Part shown: one piece after another, positions 1-12,885 of the stretch | Layout: each line of letters starts with the position of its first letter | How positions within the stretch are numbered: the stretch's first letter is position 1 | Assembly: GCA_030704615.1 (NCBI GenBank) | Contig: CM060731.1 | Location: forward strand, 53,444,001-53,508,000 | Reading direction: 5' to 3' | DNA length: 64,000 nt | Origin: Takakia lepidozioides | Taxonomy: Eukaryota > Plantae > Bryophyta | Program-made: the position numbers and the translations under genes | Notes under the pieces: generated by a model | The model's database searches: none | What the model was told of the DNA's origin: nothing | Seen by the model: only the letters and a program-made list of their open reading frames with translations

Positions 1-336
1 CTACGCGCATTTGCAGATGCAATTGTCTCAGCCTGGTCCGTCTCCTCACAAATGCGACAATGTACCGATTCTGCACCTACTCCCGTCGTGGCTCAGACAT
101 CTGCATTCAGCATGTGTGTGTGGATGTTTGAGGACCTTACGACTGGATGGTGTTCCGTGACGACTCGAATTGCTTTTTTGTGCTGCCATCCCTTATATAA
201 TACCATGTGGATCCATCACAAAGCTGGGTTTCTTCAGATTCTCCACCCTTTTCCACAACTTATGCACGACGGATGCAAGCCGCTATACTTGGTCACATAA
301 ACAGTCCCATCGTCCGATACGAAATCTGCAATACAC

Positions 337-592
337 GCCCCCATGTGCATACGCTTCCACCATTTTCGCGCCCATGTTACCCATGGGTTCATTTAACAAA
401 CTGTGAAGGCTCTCATGAGGGATGCAGTACGAAGGGGCTAAACGTATCATGACGGATCACAAGCAGAGGACGTTATCGACGACAGATGTCCGCATTTTCC
501 ATATTTATGACATAGAACCAAACCATAAAATGAAGGTTCCCGAAAGCACAACAAGAAGGCAAAAATAGTGGAAGCATATGCACGATGGTGGC
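337..592. repeat. ~34-bp imperfect inverted repeat (337-369 / 559-592)
   Basis: gcccccatgtgcatacgcttccaccattttcgc matches the reverse complement of gcaaaaatagtggaagcatatgcacgatggtggc; both strands give the peptide AYASTIFA in the ORF track. Confidence 0.7.
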
Positions 593-833
593 TGTAGTGC
601 CGAGACAGTCCTCTCATGTTCAAGTACACGCTTCATCATCATCAAGAACATCGTGCGCAAAAGAAGAACAGTCGCGTGCATGGAAACGCCTACCGCAACA
701 TCGGACAACAAACAGCCGTCAAAAGAGAGCGGCCGGGATTTGGTGGGAAGATCATTGCCATTTTTGCAGCCCTAAAAATGGAGGGCTTGGATGGGTTATG
801 GGAATGGACAGTGGCGATCCTGCGCCGTCAGCG

Positions 834-983
834 GACTGGATGGCAGGGGACTGGCCAATGGACTGGCAGGCAGACTGGCGGACTGGCAGACTGCTGGGCA
901 CCGGACTGGCCAGCACCGGACTGGCGGGCAGACTGGCGGACTGGCAGACTGGAGGGCAGCAGACTCATGGGCGGGGGACTGGC
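834..983. repeat. GACTGGC-based degenerate minisatellite followed by a GC-rich tract, probably a TE subterminal region
   Basis: More than ten (G)GACTGGC/AGACTGG units in 150 bp; the overlapping ORFs are low-complexity by-products. Confidence 0.8.
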
Positions 984-1399
984 CGCGCGGCGAACGGGGG
1001 CGCGGGCGCGGTTGCTGCAGCCGCGCCCGCGGCTGGGCGACCACGCGCAACGACGGGCGAGGCGGGCGGGGTGCTGGGGAGCCGGGCGTCCGTGCGCGGG
1101 GCCCACCGGCCACATCGCACGTGCCCATTGAAGACCCTATTATCTTAAAATGAGAGGCTGTTATTTTTTTCTTACTCCCAAGGCATAACAATAAAGGAGG
1201 GTCGACTGTATACATATGTATGTCAACTTCCAACAATTAAGGGGATGCAATGTACATCGCTAGAATTAATTGGTCCTATAAGGGCACTCGTTGTGTCAGG
1301 GTAGTGATCGGTGTACAATAGGGTTCACTGAGATTTATGGTCCGAGGCGAGGAAAACTTGACGTGTGTTAAATATTCACAGATGTAACGAGACAAGGCT

Positions 1400-4300
1400 A
1401 GTGCAGCTTCTTTACTTGCTTGCTTTTACGGTACCTTGGGAAATGCGACTGCATCTGCACCACACATTCTGAATCTCGTATTACTTGGAACGATGCCCTC
1501 CCTGGCAGGAGCTCTCTTAGTACTAGATGCTCACCGGGGAAGGAGAAGAACTAGAGGTCAACTGGAGACATAGACGTAGCTCTAGAAAAGGAAAGTTTAA
1601 AGCGCACTTATCTTTGAGCCCTCTAAAGGAAGAGTGAATATGATGCAAATTATGAGCTTTTCTACTCCTTTTCTATAGCTGGAGGTTCAGGTTCCTTTCC
1701 GTTTGCAGAAAGTTCTGGGGACATTATTAGGGGGTGAGACAGATGGGTAGGACCAGGACCTAGTAGATACAAGATCCAAGTCAGAAATTCAGAAAGCTGT
1801 CTCAGCGGCTATGTTGTGGGAAGCTTCCCGGAGAGGACATTGCTTTGTATCAGGCAAAAAAGAAGCAGTTTAGGGTCTCTGATGTCAAGCAGGAGCAGGC
1901 AGGGACAGTGACAGTCATCTCATGGAAGATTGAGAAGCCCCTCTCACCACCGCAAGGTTTCAAGTGGTCAGCTTCTCTGCCCCCGTGGGATAGAAGTACC
2001 AAATTTAAAATGAGCCCATTATGGTCGTCAAATCTTTGGTGCCTTGGCAGCCCCATGGACCATGCGTGCTCCTTTACATGATCCTAAATCTTCATAGCTG
2101 GAATGTGAGGGGGGTGGGGTCGGACCATTATGCTCCGAAGAGAGCCAGAATCCGTACCTGGGAGGCCTCCCAATTCATTAATAAGTCTGATGTTATTCTT
2201 GTTCAAGAACACAAATTGGATGCTTCCAAAATTGCTTCCTTGGGTAGCCTTCTCTGGCCTGTGGGAGCCTCCTTCTGGAATCCAACAGTGGTTGATTCTA
2301 GAGGTGGTACAACAATTTGGGTCTCACCTTTGTTGTCTCATTTCATTCTCTCTTCTGAAATTCAGGGCAGAATGCAATGTTTGTTCTTTTCTCTTCCTGG
2401 ATCTCTCAGGCCTGGTCAACATTTATCCTTCTAATCAGTTGGGGGAAATAATTGATTTGTGGGATCTCCTTTGTTATAAAATCCATTCCAGGTGTAAGAT
2501 TGAGCATTGGATTGTTGGGGGGGACTTTAATATGGTTGAATCGAGTATGGATAGATTGGGTAGTCAGAATTCTGGTATGCTGGAAAGTGAGAGAGACGCC
2601 TGGGAATCTGTTTGTCTGGCGGCGGGTCTTTCGGATGCTTCCTCTCCTGCAATGGGGGAGCTTCTCTATACCTGGTCTACCAACAGAGATCCACCGGCCC
2701 TCTCCATGGCTCGTTTAGACCGCTTTTATTGCACTTCCGGTCTGATGGCAGAGTCCCCCTAGATCCTATCATGCCTGGCTTTGACCACTCCGAGGTTAGG
2801 CTGGTCATTTCAACCCCTGGGTCTCATGTCAAGGGTAAGGGGTATTTTAAACTTAACCCATCTTTGCTTTCTGACCCGGCGGTCATCCAAGCCCAAAGAT
2901 GACTGGAAAAAGGAAGAGACCCGGGTTTGTTCCAGCATGACTTTGAGCTTTATGCGAAAACTTAAGTCTGCTAGGAAACTTTGTCAAGAGCTGTCACGTA
3001 AGCTGGGGGAAGGCTCCTATAGAAGGGAGAAGGCCTTGCGCAAGTGCTTAACAGTCTGTCAGTATCATATGGAGTCTGGAAGAGATGGGCCTCAAACCCT
3101 GCTTTCGTACAAAACTGCCAAAAACAACCTCTCTCTTTTGCTACACTCTAAGGATGCCAACTTTAGGTTGAAGGCGGGTGTTAACTGGTCATTAGGGGGA
3201 GAGAAAATGACATGGTACTTCTTCATTAAAGCTAGGCAAAGAAGAATTGCCAATTTGGTGCCTTCGCTCACAGATGAGGCTGGCTTCTCATCTTCATCTC
3301 CTCGCATTATGTCCAAGATGGCTGCCTGTTTCTTCAAAAAGTTGTTTAAGAAAAGACATTCCACTTTCGAAAGGGAAGAGGCCAAGCTTGAGTTGCTCCG
3401 CAATGTCCCCTGTCTTCTGTCCCCTCAAGATAAAATCAGTCTCGCAGCCCCCTTCACTGAGGAAGAATTGGGAAAGGCGGCGGAAGCTTTGGCCTCCCTC
3501 AAAGGTCCAGGTTGGACGGTATGCCCGTGGAATTTCTTAAAGCAATGTGGCACGTCGGGGGGGGGGGGAGATTTCCTGGAAATGGCTAATGACATCCTCG
3601 ACAAAGGGATTATGCCCTCGCAATTGTCTGACGGGCTGATTACTCTCATCTTCAAAAAGGGTGATAGGCATAAATTGTCCAACTATCGCCCTATCACCCT
3701 GCTGAACTCTTCCTACAAAATAATTGCTAAGGCCCTTGCTTTGCGTCTCCAGCCGATGCTTCCCAGGATTATTAGGAAGGACCAGTCTGGTTTTATTAAA
3801 GACAGAACGATTCTTGATAATATCATCATGGCCCATGAAGCCTTGCATCTTGCTAATACAAATTGCCGACCGCTTGCATTCCTTATGCTTGATTTCGAAA
3901 AAGCCTTTGATTCGATTGACTGGGATTTCCTGATTAGAACTATGGAAAAATGTGGATTTGGTGGGCCCTTCCTAGAGTGGGTTAAAATCCTCCTCTTTTC
4001 TGCCTCCAGCAAAGTTATGTTGAATGGGGTTGTCTCCGATTCGTTCCCACTCTCCAGATCTGTTCGCCAGGGATGTCCATTGGCCCTTTTTTTGTTTCTG
4101 TTGTGGATACTTTGGGGCACCATTGGGATCAGAAGGATGATATTGTGGGGCTCCACCTGCCCCCAGCTCAAGCAGACCTGCCAACGATGGTGAAGCTTTC
4201 TATGTATGCCGACGACATAGCTCTTCTTTTGGATAATTCCCGGCTTGATAACATAGAGAGAGCCCTCTTGGCTCTAAATCAGTTCTGTCTGGCCTCTGGT

Positions 4301-6599
4301 CTCATGGTGAATTGGGATAAGTCCATAGAAATGCTCTCTTTGCTGTAGGAAAATTCTTCTTCTCGGCATTGCCAAGCATGGGGTGAGGAGTTAGGGCTGC
4401 GTTGGCTGCTTGAGGGCTCCTCCCACACGCTGCTGGGGTATCAGATGGGTCACAATCTCACACATGAGCAACGGTTCGAGGGCACTTTCAAGAAAGTAAA
4501 GCAGAGGCTCATCTATTGGAGCTCGGCTATGTTGTCACTGGCAGGCAGAGCACTGGTGCTCAATCAGGTCTTGTTTGCTGCATTCTGGTTTCCTGCTGCT
4601 GTTTGGTCCCCTGGTCCGGAGCTCACCAAACGTTTAAAGGCTTTGATGCACAACTTTCTTTGGAGTGCCACCCCAGCCAGCCCACAACGGAGAGCTTTGG
4701 TTTCTTGGAAGCAACTCTGCCAGCCTAAAAGTAAAGGTGGTCTTGGTTCATAGATCCAGCCTCGCAGATTTCAGCCTTGCTCGCAAAGTGGATTCCAAGG
4801 GCTCTTGCTCATCTCCATAGCCCGTGGAGTAGATTGGTGTGCCCGCACATAGTAAACGTTGTTCCCCGAAACTCGCAGGGGTGGCAGCCCTCTTTGAGGT
4901 GGATTGTTCATGGAAAGGGTAATGCTAATCCAACTGGGTCTAGACCCTGGACTTCCATCTGGAACGCATGGAACAAGCTGAGACCCAACCTCTCGCAAAG
5001 AATGCCTGGGATCTTCGAGGAGGCTATTCGCCAGCCTATCTTTGGAAATTATAACTTGACTCGGCTCAGCTGCTGCCCCTCATTCCAAAATGGGCGAGCT
5101 GGGAGAAAGAAGGCTTCGTGCATCTAGCCAATATATGGGAGCAGAGAAGTTTCATTCCAAACCCTCAAGTTATTTCTGCTATGGGCAGTCGCCGATCCAG
5201 AACCTCTTGGCCTGTTATTACTTCGCAGATCCCAGACTATCTTCGTTCCTTGTTGCTAAATTATAACTGGGACGGCTCCTTGCCTGCCTGGTTTGGTACA
5301 GCTGGGGGGAACTCAAATAGAGTGTTGCTTGGCCTTTCCTATTCTGCGGATGCATGTACTGTGGATGGCCTGGGTTTTGAAATGCTTTAGTCTGGGAGTC
5401 TGGTTTTATTGGGGGAGAGGACCTCTCCCAAAGCTGACCTCTTCAGGGTCAGGGTCATTGACTGCTCGTCAGGAATGGCAAACCCCTTGCCCCCCATGGG
5501 ACAAGTAGTTCATTGGGCCAGGCATTCTCATTTTAATTGCTTTCTTTCTCTACCCTTGGATGGATTGTAGTTTGACCCCGGTGAGAGGTGTTGGATGGAT
5601 AGGGCTCATTCCCCTTTCTTTGCCTATACTGTTAAGCTTGGATACTCTCTTCTCTTTCCAGCTCAGTCCTTCTCCACTAAGTGGATGAGCAAGTGGAGCT
5701 TATCGCTGGGAGGGCAGGTAAAATGGACTCGAATTTGGAAGGAAATCTGGCGCAAAGATAGAGTTTCCAAGCTCTCTGCCTTTCTATGGAAAATTGCGCA
5801 TCGTATCCTCCCAGTCAAGGTGTTTATGGGAACTGATAATGTAGATTGTGACATGTGCTCAGGAAATCAGGAAACCCTGGAACACTGCCTAGTGGCTTGT
5901 CCTTTGGCAAAGAGAGCCTGGTCCCTGGTCATCCGTTCCTATTCGAACTGGGAATCTCTTCCTTCTCCTATCCCTCCCCCCCTCTTTCTTCTTAATTATG
6001 GGCAGGGTGGGAGTATGCTTAAATGCCCGGTGTGGGATTGTTTGCGTGCTCATTCTTTGTGGGCAATCTGGAAGGCCAGATGTGCCTGGATTTTTCAAGG
6101 AAAATCCCCCAGTCTTAGGTCCATTCTATTAAATGTTTATATAGATCTGAGAACTGAGGGGAGGAAAGCCTGGCTGGCTTTGTGCGCAGCTCTTCCCCGA
6201 GGGGCGAAGCTTCTCAAGAGGTTTGATATCTCCTGGTGCAAGAATGACCTCCTCGGCACCAGACTGTCCGACATAACAATGCGCTGGAAACACACCTTCC
6301 CCCCCAATTTCCTATCCACTTTCAGCTTCTGCCCTAGCTTTTGTTTGCAGGCTCGCAGCCCATCTGCGCATATCTGCTTTCTCTGGGCTCTGCGATGCAT
6401 TTGGCTCTTTCTTGAATTCACTCTTCTTGTGGTCTCTTGGAATTATGGTTAGGGGGTGGTATCCCCCCAGTAAGCCTTCACGGCCCCAGGGTGGTTATTT
6501 TTTCCACTTCATTGTACCTTCATCCATCCTTTAATAAACCTTTGTCCCTGTTCTTCAAAAACAAAAAGAAAAAAAAAAGAAAAAAGAAAGAAAAAGAAA
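1400..6599 (+). mobile_element. L1/Tx1-type LINE retrotransposon, decayed; 5-prime boundary approximate
   Basis: ORF1-like remnant ends in an ATGA overlap at 2078-2081; ORF2 has EN-RT-zf domains; AATAAA at 6533-6538; A-rich tail 6557-6599; no TSD found. Confidence 0.92.
2078..6452 (+). pseudogene. LINE ORF2 (APE endonuclease, reverse transcriptase, zf-RVT) with multiple frameshifts and stops
   Basis: SWNVRG, LVQEHK, GGDFN, ARLDRFY, DHS (EN); YRPITLLNSSYKIIAK, QSGF, LDFEKAFDSIDW, RQGCPL, YADD (RT); FLWKIAHRILP...CDMC...ETLEHCLVAC (zf-RVT); split over at least 8 ORF fragments. Confidence 0.93.
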
Positions 6600-6638
6600 T
6601 TCAATTTGCCAACTGGTGGTGATAGAACTAGTAAAACT

Positions 6639-9600
6639 TCATGTTAGTCTTTCAACCCTGGTCTCTTCTTTTAAGTGTGTTACCACAGACTGTGCTGTGC
6701 AGTGGGCAATGGACTGGATAGTTATCATGGGGTTGACTCCCAAGGCTGTGGGGAACACACTAGCATCTCCCAAGAACAAGCCTCGTGCTTCCCAAGTCTC
6801 TCCTCTGGAATCAACAACTGACGTTTTGGGACTCAACCCCATCTGGCAAGTACCCATTTGGTGAGCCGATGCTATTGTCACTTTGAGCTTCTTGGCCCCC
6901 CTGGAGCGTACCCTTGCCAAGTAGGCCTCAATCTCACTTGTAGATGCGCCTGGAATCACAGATCAAGGATTGAAACTTTGAGTAGTTCAAAAATGAGACC
7001 GATGTCCACAATTGCACATATGATTCTAGATGTGAAATAGTAACTTGTAGTAGGCTGTGTGCCTTGGCATTCACATGCAGCACACCATCTCAGCCTGCTG
7101 CTTCTTCTATTCTGTGTACCGCTTAATAAACCTTGTGGTGATCCATGAAAGCCGCCAGAACGCACCGTAATAAGTTCCACTGGCACATTCATCTTCTAAG
7201 ATCAGAATCTTAGACCCCATATCTTACCTCCTAGTTAAAACTGGATCATGCAGTTTGAAAACTTTCTTGAATCTCTAAGTTTAGTTGAAGAGGATACTGA
7301 AGTATATTGGGTACAAGCAAAGAGGACCTCTCAACATCGATTGTGATAATCAGAGTTGCATTGTGCTAACAAAATTTGCCAAGTATCATGGTAAATCGAA
7401 GCAGATTGCAACGCAGTTCAATTTCATTTGGAAAAGGTGGAGGAGGGCGAAATATAGTTGAAATATTGTCCAACACAATTATAGGCTGCTGCTGATATAT
7501 TTACAAAACCGGACTGTTTTGAGTTTCAAAGAGAGCGATTAAATGTTCTACCATTGACTTGGCAAGAAAATCTGGGTTTCTCAATGTTTTTCCAACGGTG
7601 CAGGGATCACAGAACGAGTGCAATGTTTGTAATATCTGTAAAGTAGCTCAGATCAAGGTCAGTGCTTTACCTTCAACACACAGGCGCTCTCCATCATGTT
7701 GGTGGGTGCCAACCTCTACAGCCCCTGCAGCGATCAGCGCGCGGAGGCCTGTTGCTGCTGTCCTACCATCATGGTCTCCTCCTCGGATGCAGATAACGTG
7801 TATTCGATTGAAGGCTCACCATTAGCGTCCACCCCGACACTCCCACTGCCCGGGTTATCTTTGGTGACAACACACAAGGTGACTGTGCGGGGATATCGTA
7901 CCATCCGATCCTTAAATTCAGCACCTGCATACCCGTCATTGGGTTACTTTAATATTCATGACAGCCAAGGCCTCAAAGAAGGAGCTGGCTGGATATGAAG
8001 TCACTTACTCATTCAAGTAAAAGGATATCTTTCACACTTCCCTATAACAACAGAAAATGCTATATGCTTTTTCAACTTGTGTGCATCTCATCTAAATCAG
8101 TTCTCTGCTTGGTGAAGCAACAGTCTTACCAGAGCACCATGGCATGAATACTACAAAAACTCCAGGGTGAAATGACATTGTCTCCAAGAGACCTTCCACC
8201 ACATGTGGGCCTTTTGCCATCACGGGAGAACAAGCTGTCATGATACCCCCCTCATAGCACGTACCAGCGCACCCAGAGCCTTCTGGAAAGTAACCCCAGA
8301 CGCAGAATACAGGGTGAATGTGTAAATTTTTCCCAATGTTTGGATTCCTTAATCCACTGTTCAATAAAAGAGGAGGAGTCATCAGCGACCCACAAGCAAC
8401 CACTGTAGCACGAGCCTCTATGATTATCCTGTTGGGGCCTTCTCCAATCCTTGCCACCACCCCGCGAGCCTGCTTACGCTCGTTACCCTGACATCTTGGA
8501 CTGAGAAGAACGGCTTCAGCTTTACATTGTGATAGAATAATTGCATTATTTGTGTTAACAGCATCCGCCAGCCATGTCTCACAGACTGACTGTTTCTCTC
8601 CAGTCGGGCACCCATAGTGGTGCACCATCCACAGTACATAATGATCAGGGCCCGCATTGCGTGCCAAGTGCCAACTTCCAGTCCCAGTTCTTACATCCTT
8701 CTCTCAGTGCCCAGTTTGGAAGATTTTCTTTGTTTGACTGCTGTCTGCACAGAAACGACGCTGCCACACTAGTTTTTGCATTGCCTGTTTGTTATTTCTC
8801 ACTAGAAAAGAGGTCAAGACCAAAGCCTTCTACCCATTCATTGAGGACATTTTCTGGAGTCTTGAAGCACACTGACCAATTCACCGTGGACCCACCCCCA
8901 ACAGTTGAAGCAGTAGCAAAATTGACGCTCCCGTCTTCCGTTGCAAGAGCTCCAAATTTCTCATACATGGCCATCTGAGATGGCCCCCTTCTAGAGTTTG
9001 TGATATCTTCAGGTGCGAAGTTCTGTCCCTTTTCAAGGACCACTACTTTGTAGCCTGCCTTAGCCAGAACAGCCGCCACCACCCCACCCCCTGATCCTGA
9101 ACCTACCACTACTAAATCACAACATATTCCTACGTCTCTTCCCTTGACTGGCACCCATCTCTTTTTCCTGTCGGTTATGGTCCTTAGATGCATAGGGTCG
9201 CTCATCATAGAACAACCAGCACTTTCGAGAATGGTCCTAAGGTTATCCCCTGCAGATTTGGCATCGATAACTTTGTCTCCGAGATTTCTAGGGGATCGGA
9301 TATTGCCAAGGGGTGCCCTCTTGTCATCAACATAGCCTTCCCTAAGGCATGTCCACGTTGATCAGGGCCACAATAACCAATCGCATTCCAGGCGCCGTTG
9401 TATCCATTTGCGTCGACATGGAGTGCCAATTTGTGCAGGAATCAAAATTTGGTTTGCAAATGGCCGCATTTTGGCGCATTCAAATGGCCGCAGACAGTAG
9501 CATACATGTATCAATTGAATACAGCAAACTGCGCCCCAATCTTAAGTGCAAAATAGTTCCAGGGCCCCAACTAAAAACGGTGAAAATGCAGAGCGTTAGA

Positions 9601-10971
9601 AAAGGACCTTGAAATTGTGGGGCCCGAAAGGGGAGGGCGAGCGAGCGGCTTACCTTGCAGTAGAAAATCCAAAGTGTGACTGACTTGAAAAGCTTGAACA
9701 ACCCCCTGAATATTGAAAGGGAGCTTTTTGACCAGATCTGTAGCACTCTTTCTTGTTCTATTCTTGATAGACAAACGAACTTTTGAAAGTAGGGAAAGTT
9801 TCTGCTAAAACTTGCTCGCCCACTTAAGAGGAAGGTTCCTAGCGGGGTGGACAGAAGCCACAAGACTATCCCGATGACCATCCTCACCTTCGGCTTCAAA
9901 GTGCTGCTTACCATACCTGCAGCCTGCAAGTCCCCCACACAGAAGGCACCAAATACTGAGAGAAAGTTCTAAGAGAATGAACTTGAAACTTATTACGCGC
10001 ACATGAGTCCAAAGGGCCCAAGCGACTTCCTTTCCCCTGTCGGGCAAGAAAAAAAGGGGGGCCCAAGCGACATGTTTGAATACCGTGCAGTGGTACTGAG
10101 AGAGATTCTATTTTCTCTATTTTACAGTTATGAACTCTATCCTAGCAAAGTGGCTCCAGGATTTCAATGAGCAATTTCCGATCTTCTCTAGAGAGAGAAT
10201 TCTTTCTCAGTCTAAAGTAGCCAAACAGTCACTCCCAGTCAGTGCGCCATACTGTTCGATATGAAATTATACGTCATGGACAAGTCTGTCATAATCCTGA
10301 CTAGATAACAACTAGAGTGTCTCTTTCCCTTAATTCTTCCTTCTTTCGATGAGCCAAATCTTTCTGTGGACGTGCGCAGCATGTCTGGCGTCCGGCTACG
10401 GGAGGAGTGCCACAGTACTGCAGCTATAACTTCGTGATTGATCGACGACTGGAGAATTTTAAAAGTAAGTAGTCCGACTAGAACAGACTTAGAATCATGC
10501 ACACACCAAAGACAGCTTTGCATCAGCTCGATGATGGACCAATAGCAATGAGGCATGCAATAAATTAGAACTTACATCTGCTGGAACTCCAGCATCAGAG
10601 GCTGATAATCGGTAGAAATCTTTCAAATCCTCATCGGACTTTGTTCTCAAAGCCTGAGAATCTGTACACCCGTCGCAGTACAGTAGATCTCTCCGAGATT
10701 TTGATGGTGGCTCGAGTGATGGGCACAAGGTATCACAGATAGAGGTGAGTGTCTGCATCTGTGCTTCTGTAAATTTATGTGAGAGAGGTGGATTCCAGTT
10801 TCTCAACAAGGGGTCTCCTGAGCGAATCTGCAAAACCGGAGCCTTCTCTGTCCCAGTCGTTGTTTGCATGACGTTGCATTTCTGCCCACTGTGCTCCTTG
10901 CCGTTCTCTGCTGGTGAGACGTCTCGCTTGACCTGGTCGATGACCCCCTCTATCCCATTACTGTAGGCCAT
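6639..10971 (-). pseudogene. FAO: Long-chain fatty alcohol oxidase (FAO family, GMC oxidoreductase), 5 exons (~10971-10576, 9923-9654, 9417-8130, 7924-7671, 6949-6639); disrupted as written
   Basis: LTSICDTLCPS, VVVGSGSGGGV (FAD binding), VGGGSTVNWS, CGWCxxxGC heme-like motif split by a frameshift, [34 protein letters not shown]; several frameshifts, TAA at 8792-8794, exon-3 acceptor reads CAT instead of CAG. Confidence 0.88.
7285..7560 (+). mobile_element. Ty1/copia RNase H C-terminal fragment inside the last FAO intron
   Basis: Manual translation LKRILKYIG...IDCDNQSCIVL...YHGKSKQI...FI/EKVEEGEI*LKYCPT...ADIFTKP matches the copia CDNQS, HxRxKHI and ADIFTK motifs. Confidence 0.85.
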
Positions 10972-11443
10972 ATCTGGACCTGTAGCTCAAACCAAAAAAT
11001 CCAAATCAAATTTAGTCGTGGATCCCTCTACCTACACGAGTGCAGAGTCAGCAGCCGCTACATATGCTCCGCGCCCCAAGAACATCACCTCTCTCTCTCC
11101 CTCCCTCTCTCTCTGTCTCTCGCAGAGCAACAAACTAAGGTAGTGATGGAGCAGTGTATGTATCAGGATTCCCAGCCCACCAACAAAGCAAACACGGATT
11201 ATGAAATCCTCGGGACCTTGCGCGCAGCAGCTATCGTCAGCGCCCACACCACATACGAGCCGAAGCAGACGGGTTTGGTACCGCACCAAGCACGGATGCC
11301 AAACCTACCTGTTGCTGTGGGCTTTTTATCACGTAATAAGGTTCTAAGTATTATTATTTTTTAAATTATTTTTCCTTGCTTTGATAGGTAGGTAGGTAGG
11401 TGGGCAGGTTTTCAAATTATTTTTCCTTGTTTTGAACCTACTT

Positions 11444-12080
11444 ACTACCTACATGCCTCAAGGACTTTGATATTTTCTGGCTTAGGAAATATATGAATAC
11501 CTTCATGCAGGTAGTTACAGGACTTCCTGCATGAATAAAAGTATGTTGAATTACCTTCATGCAAGTAGTGAACAATTACCTCCATGCAGGTAGTTATATA
11601 GCTAGATAGAATTGAATGCGCGAGCTCCCGGGCAGTAGCGCCATCAACCTCCCACGCAGCTGCAGCTTCACAAGGTTAGCACGTTCACCACGCTTACCAC
11701 TGCTCGGTTGTTTATTGGATGTACAAACACATACATATGTAGGCCTCAGAATTTTGTGTGGCCTCGTGGTAATGAGGTCGCAGGGTGCAGAGGGGACAGG
11801 GACCTGACAGCGGGGCCCGGCTACATTAAAACGATCCCTATTCCCCGTTTCTCTTATATATCAAAGAAACGGCACTATGTTGTTACGGTGGAGGTTGTTG
11901 TTTGGTGGTATGACTACAACCCTCCATGGAGGTGGTGGGTATGTAACTACTCTCATGCAGGGAGTTTCAACTTGGTTTTGCAACTACCTTCATGTAAGAA
12001 ATCCTAAAATTACCTGCATGGAGGTAGTTGGAAATTTCATATGCCAAAAAAATTCTAAGTCCTTGACGCATGAAGGTAGT
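11444..12080. mobile_element. MITE-like element with ~38-bp TIRs and repeated TACCT(T/C)CATGCAGGTAG subterminal motifs
   Basis: actacctacatgcctcaaggactttgatattttctggc vs reverse complement of gccaaaaaaattctaagtccttgacgcatgaaggtagt. Confidence 0.65.
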
Positions 12081-12236
12081 TTGCTCCTATATTAATGAGA
12101 CGGCGGGCCCCAATCATCTGACCAGCCTCATTACGACGAGGCCACACAAAATTCTGAGGCCATATGTAGCAATACAGAGGGTTTTAATGTAGCGGGGTCC
12201 TCTGTCAGTCCTTACGAGCCCCCTCATTACGAGGCT
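11742..12236. repeat. Inverted pair of short repeat blocks overlapping the MITE
   Basis: ggcctcagaattttgtgtggcctcgtggtaatgagg (11742-11777) is inverted at 12126-12161; 11801-11842 is inverted at 12171-12211. Confidence 0.75.
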
Positions 12237-12806
12237 CAACTTAAACATTCTACAGGTTCAACACACAGTCAGCTTATTAGTCATCAAATTTCTGTCTACA
12301 ATCACTTTACAGCTGCCCTTTTACCATCATTGTACTTTGTGTGTGGTAATTAAGTTGGGATATCTGCTCCACTGCTCTACTCTGCTTTTGCAGATACTAA
12401 GTTATATACTAAGTTATGTCTGCTGCAACTTTTTGTTTGTTTCTTTGTTTGTTTTTTTTTTTTTTTTTTTTTTTGGTGAACAGGGGACAAACGGTGGCCC
12501 TGGAAAATTGTTTCCTTTTTATAAATATTGTTTCGTCGCTGGTCCCTCGACACCCTCGGCAACTTGCATAATCCAGGCAGGGGCAGCGGAAATTTTTGAG
12601 AGGGCTTCACAATAGGTCAAAATTATCACCTTGGGACATTCTTCGATGTTGAGAGACGTGTGGTGGTGCCCCTAGGTAGCGGCCGCAAGGGTTGTACAGC
12701 GATAACAAGCGTGAGACCTGCGATTCACCTCGGGTTCCACATGGTCTCTAACTTAACTGTTTCTGATTGCATGTGATGGGACCAGGTGAGGGTCCTCACT
12801 TAACAT

Positions 12807-12885
12807 GGATTTTAAACTCAGTGGTAGAGCTTGCAACACATGATTGTTTGCGACTACACCATATGAGAGGGCCTTGGTTCAAAAG
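12807..12885 (+). mobile_element. Degenerate tRNA-like (SINE head) sequence
   Basis: A-box-like taaactcagtggtagagc and B-box-like ggttcaaa; no cloverleaf can be completed. Confidence 0.35.

Noticed and set aside
585-1236. Five overlapping 95-187 aa ORFs
   Set aside because: By-products of the stop-poor GACTGGC repeat and GC-rich tract; no domain motifs
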